64,000 nucleotides of DNA, from the NCBI RefSeq assembly GCF_009914755.1, contig NC_060933.1; one strand, written 5' to 3'. Shown piece by piece: positions 35,891 to 46,680 of this stretch. The notes beneath the pieces are model-generated. The model ran no database searches and was not told where the DNA came from. It worked only from the letters and a program-made list of their open reading frames with translations. Positions within the stretch are counted from its first letter, which is position 1, and every line of letters starts with the position of its first letter. The translations under genes were made by a program, and so were the position numbers. Origin of the DNA: the human T2T-CHM13v2.0 reference genome, Homo sapiens.

Positions 35891-38212
35891 TAGTAGAGAC
35901 GGGGTTTCACTACGTTGGCCAGGCTGGTCTCATCCTTTCCTGATTGAACCACAGTCACAGCCTCCTTCCTAATCAGTCTCCCGGCCTCCATACAACCACC
36001 GCAATCATCTTACAAAAAATAGGCACCTGGCTCTTTGGCTTGGCATTACCATCACCAACTACTACAGTAATTCTCAAACGTGATAAAGGGCCAGAACCCA
36101 GTGTCGGTTAAAAGATCTATGATATTAAACAAAATGAGGCATAAATTCCTAGTGTTTACAGATGTCATACAATAAAAAGCAAATTCACAAATTAGTTGTA
36201 GATGTTAACATTAATGTGATGAATGAGCGTGTGCTGAGACCAAACGCCTCCAGAAAAAAGAACAGGATGCACGTGCCCCGTGCAATTCTGTGAGGTTGGC
36301 CTGCCTCCACCGGCTGTGGAAGGATTGCGAATGTCTCCCATTCCTCTCGCTCCAAACTTGTGCAATACCTTCCCTTGTACAGCGCACCAAGACAGCATCT
36401 GGCCTTCTCTTGACTCTAAGGCATCATGTATCATTTATGACCGTCTTTATTCTTTTCTCAGTAGCCCTCGACAAGCGAGTAGTATTTCTTGGCTCCAAGT
36501 CTCATAAACGTGTAACCAGACTCCATTGGAAGACGGTAACCCCACGCGATACGGACTGTGCTTGTATTAATTCTCTTTTAAGCTTACTACAGAAATATCA
36601 ATACAGTACTTGAGAATTCCTGCAGGACTCAGCCTCGCTTCCTCGAGGAGCTCTCAGCCTGCCTCCGCACTCGAGACGGCAGCTTTCTCTCCCTCCGCCC
36701 ACCGTTCCGCCGCTAGGTGGCAGGCGGCTCAACGACGCCCTTTTAAACCGTTTGCCCCGGAGTGGACCGCCGGGATCGCGTGTCACCACCCAACGCTAGC
36801 GATGATTGGCTATTTCGCCGAGGCCGGAGGAGGAACCAGCGGCAGAACCGGAAGCGTCTGGTACGGCGAGTGCACGGAGTCCTGAGACTGCGTGCGCACC
36901 CAGGCACCGCGCCGACTTAAAGAGGCCAGTTGCAGCCCCTCCTCCGGCCTTAGGGGGCAGACCGTGTTCCTACGTGGAGGGCGGAACCCTCACACTGAGG
37001 AGGGCTGGGTCACACTGAGGGGAGGAGTCACCTTGAGAGGAGGGGTCACAATGACTAGTGGATTTCCTCGGAGGTGGGGTCTCACTGCGTGGGAGGAACA
37101 CAGAGCAAGGGGGTGCAGCACTGAGGGGTTCTGACACACTGACGGTGGCAGTGCCACACTGGGGAAAAGTGCCCCCGAAAGGGAGGTGTCTCACTGAGGA
37201 AGGGAGGGGTCTCCGAGGGACAGCGTTCTTTGAGGGGGGTGGGATCTTGCGGAAGGACGGGCTTCCCTGCAGGTGGAGGCTTCTCTCTTAGAGTCTTTTG
37301 GGCAAAGTAGTAAGAGGGAGGTCCCGGCTGGGTGGTCACAGGGCGGAGGACCTGGACTCTCTTCTTTATTGGGAGGCGGCAGGATGAAGTGAGGAGGAGT
37401 CGGGGCTAAGCTGGGTATGGGCCGGCCAAAGGCTTCCTATAGCCCCGGGGTATCACAACCTCCCGTGAAGGTAGAAGGTGTTAGGGAGGCCAGAGGTTCA
37501 AGGTGTCGGAGTCGAAGAGACCTGGGAAATGGGCAGGCTGGGCCGGGGCGCAGGCCAGGAAGGTGGACAGGTTGCTAGGCTACCTCTGATTGCGGCTGGG
37601 CCTGAGGGGCCTACCTTTCTGCCCCGTTGGTCCCTGGAGCCCAGGAATCCGGCAGGTTTCTGAGCCCGACCCTCAACGGACAGTAACCCAGGGAGGAGAG
37701 GGGACTCCCTGGGCAGCTAAGCTTCGCATGCGCACCATCAGCCCTTAATTCCCTCCCGTTATTCAAGCTCAGGCCGGAGCTTATTTGACCCGGGCGGCCC
37801 AGGGCATCGCGGCCGGAAAGCGGGGAGGCGGGGGTGCGCACCTGAGGGGGCGTGGCCGCTGCCGGGAGGCCGGGCTGGAAGGAGTTAAGCGGAGGCCCGG
37901 CCCAGCCCCGCCCCCGGCAGGCCGCGGAGCCTGATCCCCGGCGGCTAAGCGGAGCAGCCGCCGCCCGCCCGCCCGCCCGCCTCCGCCCGCGGCAAGCCAG
38001 CCCGCCGGCGCCCCGGAGCGCTGCCGCCACCGTCACCGCCACCGCCCGGTCCAGGCCCAAGCCCAGGCCCTGCGCGGAGCGGAGCGGCGCGGCGTCCACC
38101 CGGGCCCAGCCAGCCGGCGCGGCGGGGGCGGGTCCAGGATCTTCGGCGGATCTTCCATTCTCAGGGCGGGAGCCGGAGTCCGGGCGCCCGGGATCGGGCT
38201 GGGCCCGCGCCC

Positions 38213-38257
38213 ATGGCAAGCGCGGCCTGCCCGGGCCCTGGGGACCCTGCCATGTGA
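38213..38257 (+). promoter_or_regulatory. 14-codon uORF in the TESK1 5' UTR
   Basis: ATG GCA AGC ... GCC ATG TGA; out of frame with the main ATG and stops 26 nt before it. Confidence 0.6.
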
Positions 38258-38283
38258 GGCAGGCCCGGGCTGGGGGCCCGGCC

Positions 38284-38502
38284 ATGGCCGGGGAACGGCC
38301 CCCACTGCGGGGCCCTGGGCCCGGGCCTGGAGAGGTGCCGGGGGAGGGGCCCCCGGGGCCGGGGGGCACGGGCGGAGGCCCGGGCCGGGGCCGCCCCTCC
38401 TCCTACCGGGCTCTCCGCAGCGCCGTGTCTAGCCTGGCGCGTGTGGACGATTTTCACTGCGCGGAGAAGATCGGGGCCGGCTTCTTCTCTGAGGTCTACA
38501 AG
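38284..38502 (+). CDS. TESK1: TESK1 (testis-associated actin remodelling kinase 1) coding exon 1
   Basis: gccATGG Kozak start. Encodes MAGERPPLRGPG...EKIGAGFFSEVYK (kinase glycine loop) and ends at donor AAG|GTAGGA. The ten exons sum to 1881 nt = 626 aa + stop with consistent phases. Confidence 0.97.
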
Positions 38503-38647
38503 GTAGGACCGGCCGAGAGGGCAGAGGGGCGGGACCGAGCCTTCAACCAGAGGCTGAAACTAGGGGGCCGGGAGTGCGGGGAAGAGGGTCCAGACTCCGG
38601 CGACCCGCCCGACCTGCCCGGCCCTCGCCGGCTGCTCCTGCCCCCAG

Positions 38648-38769
38648 GTTCGGCACCGACAGTCAGGGCAAGTCATGGTGCTGAAGATGAACAAGCTCCC
38701 CAGTAACCGGGGCAACACACTACGGGAAGTGCAGCTGATGAACCGGCTCAGGCACCCCAACATCCTAAG
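38648..38769 (+). CDS. TESK1: TESK1 exon 2
   Basis: ccccag|GTT acceptor; [16 protein letters not shown]...[14 protein letters not shown] (catalytic Lys, alphaC Glu); AG|GTGAGC donor. Confidence 0.96.
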
Positions 38770-38900
38770 GTGAGCGGCCCCAGTCTCTGGGCAGCTTGCT
38801 GGGCGGGAGAGAAAGGGAAAGATCCCGCGGGAAAAGTGGAACTGAGGAGGAGCTGAGGCCTTTAATAGCCTATCCTTCTATCTTCCCCATCCTCTTGCAG

Positions 38901-38949
38901 GTTCATGGGAGTCTGTGTGCACCAGGGACAGCTGCACGCTCTTACAGAG
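38901..38949 (+). CDS. TESK1: TESK1 exon 3
   Basis: cttgcag| acceptor; FMGVCVHQGQLHALTE; GAG|GTGAGG donor. Confidence 0.95.
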
Positions 38950-39147
38950 GTGAGGATAGGCCAGGAAGGAGGGATCCCCACCCCCCTTCACCCCCAAGGA
39001 TAAAGGGAGTCAACAGGCCTGGTGGATCTACGGAGGACTAGTGAGAGGCAACAGGATCTCCTCTCAGGGGAGGCTTTCCTGAACTTTCCTTTAGGCAAAC
39101 CACATATAAAAGGCCTCAACTGGTCTTATTCTCTGTATCCCCTAGAA

Positions 39148-39351
39148 CAGTGCTGTCCAATAGAATTTTCTTCAGTGACGGAAATGTTCTCTATCTGTGC
39201 TGTCCAATACAGTAGCCACTAGCCACATGTGGTTAAATTTAAATTATTTTCATTGTTTAGATTATTTTTTGTGGGTCAACTTGATTAAAAAATTTTTTAA
39301 ATTATTTAAATTGTTGCACATGGCTAATGGCTATTGAGTTGAACGGGGCAA
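39148..39351. mobile_element. MER3 (hAT-Charlie) in TESK1 intron 3
   Basis: CAGTGCTGTCCAATAGAA...TAGCCACTAGCCACATGTGG; flanked by (C/T)CCTAGAA on both sides. Confidence 0.8.
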
Positions 39352-39500
39352 TCCTAGAACATGGATGGGGGGGGTCCTACAGCACAGTCTTACCCCTATG
39401 ACCTGTGTGATCCTCGGGAGTGTCCCCTAGCGTGTAAGTGGGGGACCTAGAATACAGACTGAAGTCTGACATCTATTCCCATTCTCCTCCTATGCACCAG

Positions 39501-39647
39501 TATATGAATGGGGGGACATTGGAACAGCTGCTCAGCTCCCCTGAACCCCTATCCTGGCCGGTCAGGCTCCACCTGGCCCTGGACATTGCCCGAGGCCTGC
39601 GGTACCTGCACTCCAAAGGTGTATTTCACCGCGACCTCACATCCAAG
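39501..39647 (+). CDS. TESK1: TESK1 exon 4
   Basis: caccag| acceptor; [11 protein letters not shown]...[10 protein letters not shown] (TESK-type catalytic loop); AAG|GTAGGC donor. Confidence 0.96.
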
Positions 39648-39990
39648 GTAGGCTAGCAGGGTGGGTGGAGACATGAAAGAGGGTTTGAGGCTATTAGGTT
39701 GTAACTGGCCTGTGGATGTTGGAATATGGATAACAGATATATTAGGATGTTGGAGTGGCAAGGCATTGGAGAATATTGGGGGACCAGGGTGAGGGGAGTG
39801 CTCGGAGGGACTGAGTAGCACCCTGTGTTTGGAGTGTTGGATGATGTTGCAATATTGAAGTGCCTTGAAAAACTGGGAGAGCAGAGAGGGTTGGAGTTAT
39901 GCTGGAGTGACAGGGCTTTGGGTTATACATTGGGAGGCCAGACAGCAGAAGGTGATGAGTGCGTGGGGATACTATGTGTGTGTGTGTCAG

Positions 39991-40073
39991 AACTGTCTAG
40001 TCCGACGGGAAGATCGAGGCTTCACCGCTGTCGTGGGTGACTTCGGGCTGGCCGAAAAGATTCCTGTGTATAG
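39991..40073 (+). CDS. TESK1: TESK1 exon 5
   Basis: tgtgtcag| acceptor; NCLVRREDRGFTAVVGDFGLAEKIPVY (DFG motif); AG|GTGAGA donor. Confidence 0.96.
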
Positions 40074-40245
40074 GTGAGATGAATGTCCCTGTTCCCCCCA
40101 AATCTCCCAGAGTGCCCCTATCTGATGTCCCCAGAGCCCCAGGGATGTTTCCCTTGGGGAACGGAGGGAGTTCACCTCATCCCCTTTTGCCTGGGGGGGA
40201 TGCCTGAATAGGATGCTTCTGACCACTCTGCCCCTGCCCCTGCAG

Positions 40246-40336
40246 GGAGGGGGCAAGGAAGGAGCCATTGGCCGTGGTGGGCTCCCCATACTGGATGGCT
40301 CCAGAGGTGTTACGGGGTGAGCTGTATGATGAGAAG
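40246..40336 (+). CDS. TESK1: TESK1 exon 6
   Basis: ctgcag| acceptor; EGARKEPLAVVGSPYWMAPEVLRGELYDEK (activation loop, APE); AAG|GTGAGA donor. Confidence 0.96.
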
Positions 40337-40558
40337 GTGAGACATCAACCCTTCAGATCCCCAAGGCCTTCCGAGACCCTTGAGGTATTCTCATAAAGCC
40401 CCATCCATCCCCAAAACAACCCTACCAGATCTTCAGGAGTCCCCAAGATCCCTTTGCCCCTCACAGGCACCCTTCTAACACATGAAAACTGTCAAGATCC
40501 CCCACCCTCAACCAAATTCTGCTATATTCTGTCAAAATTCTGAAATGAAAACTGTTAA

Positions 40559-40913
<355 letters not shown>

Positions 40914-41058
40914 GTAAGAGCCTCACACTCCTTCCTGCCCCACCCTGCCCCCATCCGTAAGCTGCCATGGCTGCCCTGTGGGACCCAGGTGATGGGAGGA
41001 AACTCAGAGACCCTCTTTCGGAGCACTGAGTGAAGCCGTTCCTGTCTCTACCCATCAG

Positions 41059-41173
41059 CTGGAACCCAGCACCCGTGCCCCCTTCACCGAAATTACCCAG
41101 CACCTGGAATGGATCCTGGAGCAGCTGCCTGAGCCAGCCCCACTCACCAGGACCGCCCTGACACACAATCAGG
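41059..41173 (+). CDS. TESK1: TESK1 exon 9
   Basis: ccatcag| acceptor; LEPSTRAPFTEITQHLEWILEQLPEPAPLTRTALTHNQ; G|GTAAGG donor. Confidence 0.95.
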
Positions 41174-41525
41174 GTAAGGGAGCCTGACCTTGATCCAGCT
41201 TGAGTCCTTTGGCCTTTGTCCTCCCTAGAATTCAGAGGTGACATGGGGGAGGCTAAGTATATTTATTAGTTGAAAAGGCTGGGGGTCGGGCTGGGGTAGG
41301 GTGGGAGGACATCTCCAAGAAGACAGTTTCCTAATGCTAAAGCTTGAGGGAGAGGAGGGGAAAGAAGTAAAAGGGGCCTGGAGATGACATCACCCCTTTC
41401 CAAAGCACCAGGTGGGACTCCCTTTTTCAAGCTCTAGTCCCACCAGCCTCCTGGAGAATAGTGAGGCCCTCAAGGAGCTGTGATCAAATGCTGAGGACAG
41501 TGATTCCAGACTTCTCTATCTACAG

Positions 41526-42406
41526 GCTCTGTTGCAAGAGGGGGTCCCTCTGCCACGCTTCCCAGGCCAGATCCCCGGCTTTCCCGAAGCCGGTCAGACC
41601 TCTTCCTGCCCCCATCACCAGAATCACCCCCCAACTGGGGGGACAATCTGACTCGAGTCAACCCCTTCTCACTACGGGAAGACCTCAGGGGTGGCAAGAT
41701 CAAGCTCTTAGACACACCCAGCAAGCCAGTCCTGCCTCTTGTGCCACCATCACCATTCCCATCCACTCAGCTGCCCTTGGTGACCACTCCGGAGACCCTG
41801 GTCCAGCCTGGGACACCTGCCCGCCGCTGCCGCTCACTACCCTCATCCCCCGAGCTCCCCCGCCGTATGGAGACAGCACTGCCAGGTCCTGGCCCTCCCG
41901 CTGTGGGCCCCTCGGCTGAAGAGAAGATGGAGTGCGAGGGCAGCAGCCCTGAGCCGGAACCTCCAGGGCCAGCGCCCCAGCTGCCTCTGGCTGTGGCCAC
42001 AGACAACTTCATCAGCACCTGTTCCTCGGCCTCCCAACCCTGGTCCCCTAGATCAGGACCCGTCCTCAATAACAATCCCCCAGCTGTGGTGGTGAACTCC
42101 CCACAAGGCTGGGCTGGGGAGCCCTGGAACCGGGCCCAGCATAGCCTGCCCCGGGCGGCAGCCCTGGAGCGGACAGAACCCTCGCCACCCCCTTCAGCTC
42201 CCCGGGAGCCCGATGAGGGGCTGCCCTGTCCTGGCTGCTGCCTCGGCCCCTTCAGCTTTGGCTTCCTGTCCATGTGCCCCCGCCCCACACCAGCTGTTGC
42301 CCGCTACCGCAACCTGAACTGTGAGGCGGGCAGTCTCCTCTGCCACCGAGGGCACCACGCCAAGCCACCCACACCCAGCCTGCAGCTGCCTGGGGCACGC
42401 TCTTAG
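41526..42406 (+). CDS. TESK1: TESK1 exon 10 coding part (proline-rich C-terminal tail)
   Basis: ctacag| acceptor; frame continues SVARGGPS...RRCRSLPSSP (14-3-3-type motif)...LQLPGARS; TAG at 42404-42406. Confidence 0.96.
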
Positions 42407-42639
42407 CAGTGGAGCCCGTGGTCTCAGGCCTCCAACTTTGGCCTTCAGGACACCCTGTAAGAACAGAGCACACTTGCTGGACAGTGCCAGTTCCAGATGG
42501 GCTGACCGGCTCTTCTCCCCGTGTAGGGGAGCCCCAGCATGGACTCAAGGGACAGAGCACTTCCAGTCGACCCCCCGGCTCGCGTTCCCGTGGGGATCAC
42601 TGAACCAGACACAGCATTGCTGACACATGAGACTAACAC

Positions 42640-42964
42640 GTGCAATTATTTAAAAAGATTTCAATAAAACTGCCTGGCTGGCTCCGGGCCGCCCCTATCC
42701 GCTCAGCCCGTGCGCCCTCCTCCCCCACCCCATTCTACCATGGGAAGTTCTTGGGGGGAGGCCAAAGTCCCTTCTAGAGGTGGCTTCACCCTTTTCCCAG
42801 GAACAGTCCAGTTTCAGGAAGAGGGAGCAGGCAGCAGACTGGCTGGAAGTGTCAGGTGTGGGTCAGCCGGTGGCTGGGCACTGCCCAGAATGAAGGAGAT
42901 GGTCTGAGGAACCCCAGGCCTCAGGTTAGGAAGGAGGGGCACAGGTTCTTGTTGGCATGAGTGT
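42640..42964 (-). other. CD72: CD72 terminal exon 9 (3' UTR; 3' end approximate)
   Basis: Acceptor ctttacttttccag| at 42964. The 3' boundary is not determinable because no canonical minus-strand AATAAA is present. Confidence 0.75.
42663..42668 (+). terminator. TESK1: TESK1 polyadenylation signal
   Basis: AATAAA ~256 nt after the stop codon, the first one in the 3' UTR. Confidence 0.85.
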
Positions 42965-43190
42965 CTGGAAAAGTAAAGTATCAGTGAGCTCCATGGTTGA
43001 CTTAACTGAACCCTCATCCCACTCACCCCATCTCCTCCTCAGCTCTCGACAGCCACACCACCAGCCTCCCATAAGTTGTAGGCCTTACCTGTCCCTCCCT
43101 GCCCACCCCACCCTAACAAGCAGACCAAGCAACTGGAGGCTGTGGAGGAACTTTCATCCCAGGTACAAGTTTTCTCTCGGGCCCCTGGGC

Positions 43191-43216
43191 CCCTGCTCTG
43201 AGTCCCTGCTCTGAGT
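43191..43216. repeat. Two copies of the 13-nt repeat CCCTGCTCTGAGT in CD72 intron 8
   Basis: Perfect direct tandem duplication visible in the sequence. Confidence 0.92.
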
Positions 43217-43287
43217 CCCTCTGCCCCTGGACTCCCCATGCCTCAGCCCCATCCCTCACTCTTACCAACTCAGTGCAAAGGACTGTC

Positions 43288-43417
43288 CTAATCTGGAAAC
43301 CTGAAAGCTGTCATCTCACAGATGTAGGGAAGAGAACTTCTACATGACTCTGACTCCAGTGTCCACCATGACCAAGTTTTATGTACCTTGTTACATTTTG
43401 AGCTTTGAGCATAAGTC
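43288..43417 (-). CDS. CD72: CD72 exon 8 coding part
   Basis: ttttag| acceptor; TYAQSSKCNKVHKTWSWWTLESESCRSSLPYICEMTAFRFPD*. The exon continues to 43266, followed by a GTAAG donor. Confidence 0.95.
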
Positions 43418-43633
43418 CTAAAAAGTAGTAAGGTAGAGCTGGGATATGCTCTGGACATATCCCACCCTCCCTTCTCTCCCCTTCCCCTGTATAAAACCTA
43501 AATCCTAACTCACCCTGCCTGCCTAAGGCCACATCTGGGCATGGTTCAGGACAGATGTCTGGAGTTCAACTAAAACAGACTTTAGAACCAGCAGAGGGAA
43601 AAATAACTCGAGATCTTAAAGATGGGAAGGCCA

Positions 43634-43995
<362 letters not shown>

Positions 43996-44467
43996 TCAAT
44001 GGTACCCCACTGCTGTCTTGATCACAGTGAAGTGGAGCTTCGATGGTACCCCCGCTGCTCCCTTGCGTACTTCACTGAGGCAGCTCTAGTGCCCCAAGTG
44101 GCCGCTACTGAGAAAGTACAACCTCAGTTTGGGTGGCCTTCTCGAAGGATGGAGAAACGCTGCTGTCATCAGCTGTGGAGCCTTAACTAAATCCTTAATG
44201 TCTCCCCCTAAAAGATAGCGTAGGTCCCAACCTAGTAGTTACTGAAACAAAAAAGTATGTGCCAGGGACTTCTAGGTGGAAATAGAATGGAGAATAAGAT
44301 TGCCCTAAGAAGTTATTAATCAAATAGAGGAAACAGACAAATAGGCAATTACAGTGTTGATTTATGGGAGAGTCCTGAGGGGACCAGGTGGGAAGGAAAT
44401 CTGATTACCATGTCTTTATGGAGGGGATTATGGAGTTGAAAATACCCAGAAGTCCTAACAAACTTAC

Positions 44468-44583
44468 CTAGTGCGTTGTGTATCATCAGTCAACTTCCAA
44501 TCCTTGTTAGAGCTGAGGCCAGTCCAATATGAATTCCCTGAACCACCATTTGGCAACAGTGAATTTAAGAAGTAGTAAGAGTG
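44468..44583 (-). CDS. CD72: CD72 exon 7
   Basis: cctcag| acceptor; HSYYFLNSLLPNGGSGNSYWTGLSSNKDWKLTDDTQRT (WxGL motif); AG|GTAAGT donor. Confidence 0.95.
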
Positions 44584-45029
44584 CTGAGGGGAGATTCAGA
44601 GAGACCAGAGATACATGGAGAGTGATGAGAAATATGGAAGAAAATGCACACCCTAGGGAGGCCTCAGCTTTGGCAAGGGGGCTGTATATATGACAGCTCT
44701 TTGGTAACTTGTCCCTGAATCCATCAAGTGCCACCCTGCAGATGCAGGCTCACTGCTAAATTTGCCTTCCAGCTGAGTAAGAATCTCTGCCAGCCTTTGG
44801 AGGGGAGTCATTCTGTGTGCTGTTCTGGCCCCAAGGAACTAATCCCTACAATCCAGCCCACCAGGTGTGGGACCTCTCTGCCTGAGAGGCCACAAGAGTC
44901 CAGGAACCTGTCAAGCAGCCCAGGGAGCTGACCAGCAAGCTGAGATGAGATACACATTAAAGTAGAGGCCGGGCGCAGTGGTTCACACCTATAATCCCAG
45001 CACTTTGGGAGACTGAAGCAGGTGGATCA

Positions 45030-45272
<243 letters not shown>

Positions 45273-45511
45273 TTAAGTTTCCATTCTCATGCCAACTCTA
45301 ATCAGTTACTAGGGGCTGCCTGGACCACTGTGCTGAGAAGATGCAGAGGTTGTTTCCAAGCTCAGAGGTCAAGAGTATTATGATTCTCAGTTTCTTCCAT
45401 GGAAAAGGAATGGCCACCCCAGCCATGTGTGCACTGCCATTCCTGACTTGATGACATATGTCCCTTTACCTAATAGTACCCACTGCAGTCTGTGAGTAAG
45501 GATATGCTTAC

Positions 45512-45657
45512 TGATTGTGGATAAATTTCACTGAATGTGGCCAGCTTGGAAGACAGAGTTTCACATTGTTTTTGGCTCTCCTGCCAATTTTTTGAAGTAA
45601 GTGAGATGTAAAAGCAGCTTTTCTGATGCATTATCCATCCCGACGGACAGCAGGTGT
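45512..45657 (-). CDS. CD72: CD72 exon 6 (start of C-type lectin-like domain)
   Basis: ttttag| acceptor; DTCCPSGWIMHQKSCFYISLTSKNWQESQKQC...YPQS; |GTAAGC donor. Confidence 0.95.
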
Positions 45658-46506
45658 CTAAAAAGCAGAAAGAGTGTGATAGCAGCAACAGTTGGGATGA
45701 AAGTGACTACTCAGCAATCTTTTGCTAACAATATTCCCCCAGAGCTAATCTCAGCACCTTCATGGACTTCTATGATCTTTGCAATCTTTCTTTTGCATCC
45801 CCTGGAAACACCATACCTGTCCTTACTTAGTAAAAAGACTTTAACATTCAACAACATTACTTCTTAGCAATCTGGGAGGTCTGTCTTAATAGGGCTGATT
45901 TTATTACCCCAATTTCTGAACAATTGCAGTCCACCCTGACACTTTACCTAACATCTCTTGGGCCCATCTCCTCCACTCCCTAAAGCACCCCTCACTGCAC
46001 ATCCTCCACTCCTCCAGCACTGGCCCCCTCCGTCCCTCTCCAATTTCCTACAAGCAGAAAATGTTGTGTACTGTTTTGCAGAAACTGAGCTCTCTCCTTT
46101 TCCCTCCTCTCCACCTCAAAATTTCTCTTCTCTGTTCTTCTTTTCCTGACTATCCATAAGAAATAAATATCCCTCTTTCTTCAACATCCTACATCCCAAT
46201 GTGCACTTCTGATCCCAGGCCACCTCTCTCCATTGCTTTGTTCCATCAGTCCTACCTTCATCACTCAAAAATCATTCCCTCTCCACTAGCTCCCTCTCTT
46301 CTCTCTACATATGCTCATGTCCCCACCCTGCTACTCCCTTGAGCTACTGTCCTATGGCAACTTAAAGGAATAAAAAGAAATCCCTGCTGGGCACAATGGC
46401 TCACTTCTGTAATCCCAGCACTTTGGGAGGCCGAGGCGGGGTGGATCACCTGAAGTCAGGAGTTTAAGACCAGCCTGGTCAACATGGTGAAACCCCACCT
46501 CTACTA

Positions 46507-46680
<174 letters not shown>

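Larger units (their letters stand above)
36620..38760. promoter_or_regulatory. CpG island / TESK1 promoter region
   Basis: Very high GC and CpG content and Alu-free. Contains an inverted CCAAT (36805), an ETS CCGGAAG (36848), NRF1-like sites (36889-36898, 37725-37734) and GC boxes (~37822, ~37846). Confidence 0.85.

Noticed and set aside
37611-38706. 284-aa (+) and 252-aa (-) ORFs
   Set aside because: The + ORF is TESK1 exon 1 read through UTR and intron. The - ORF is a GC-rich antisense shadow.
39627-39647. Atypical kinase catalytic loop HRDLTSK(N)
   Set aside because: This is the established signature of TESK kinases and is not novel.
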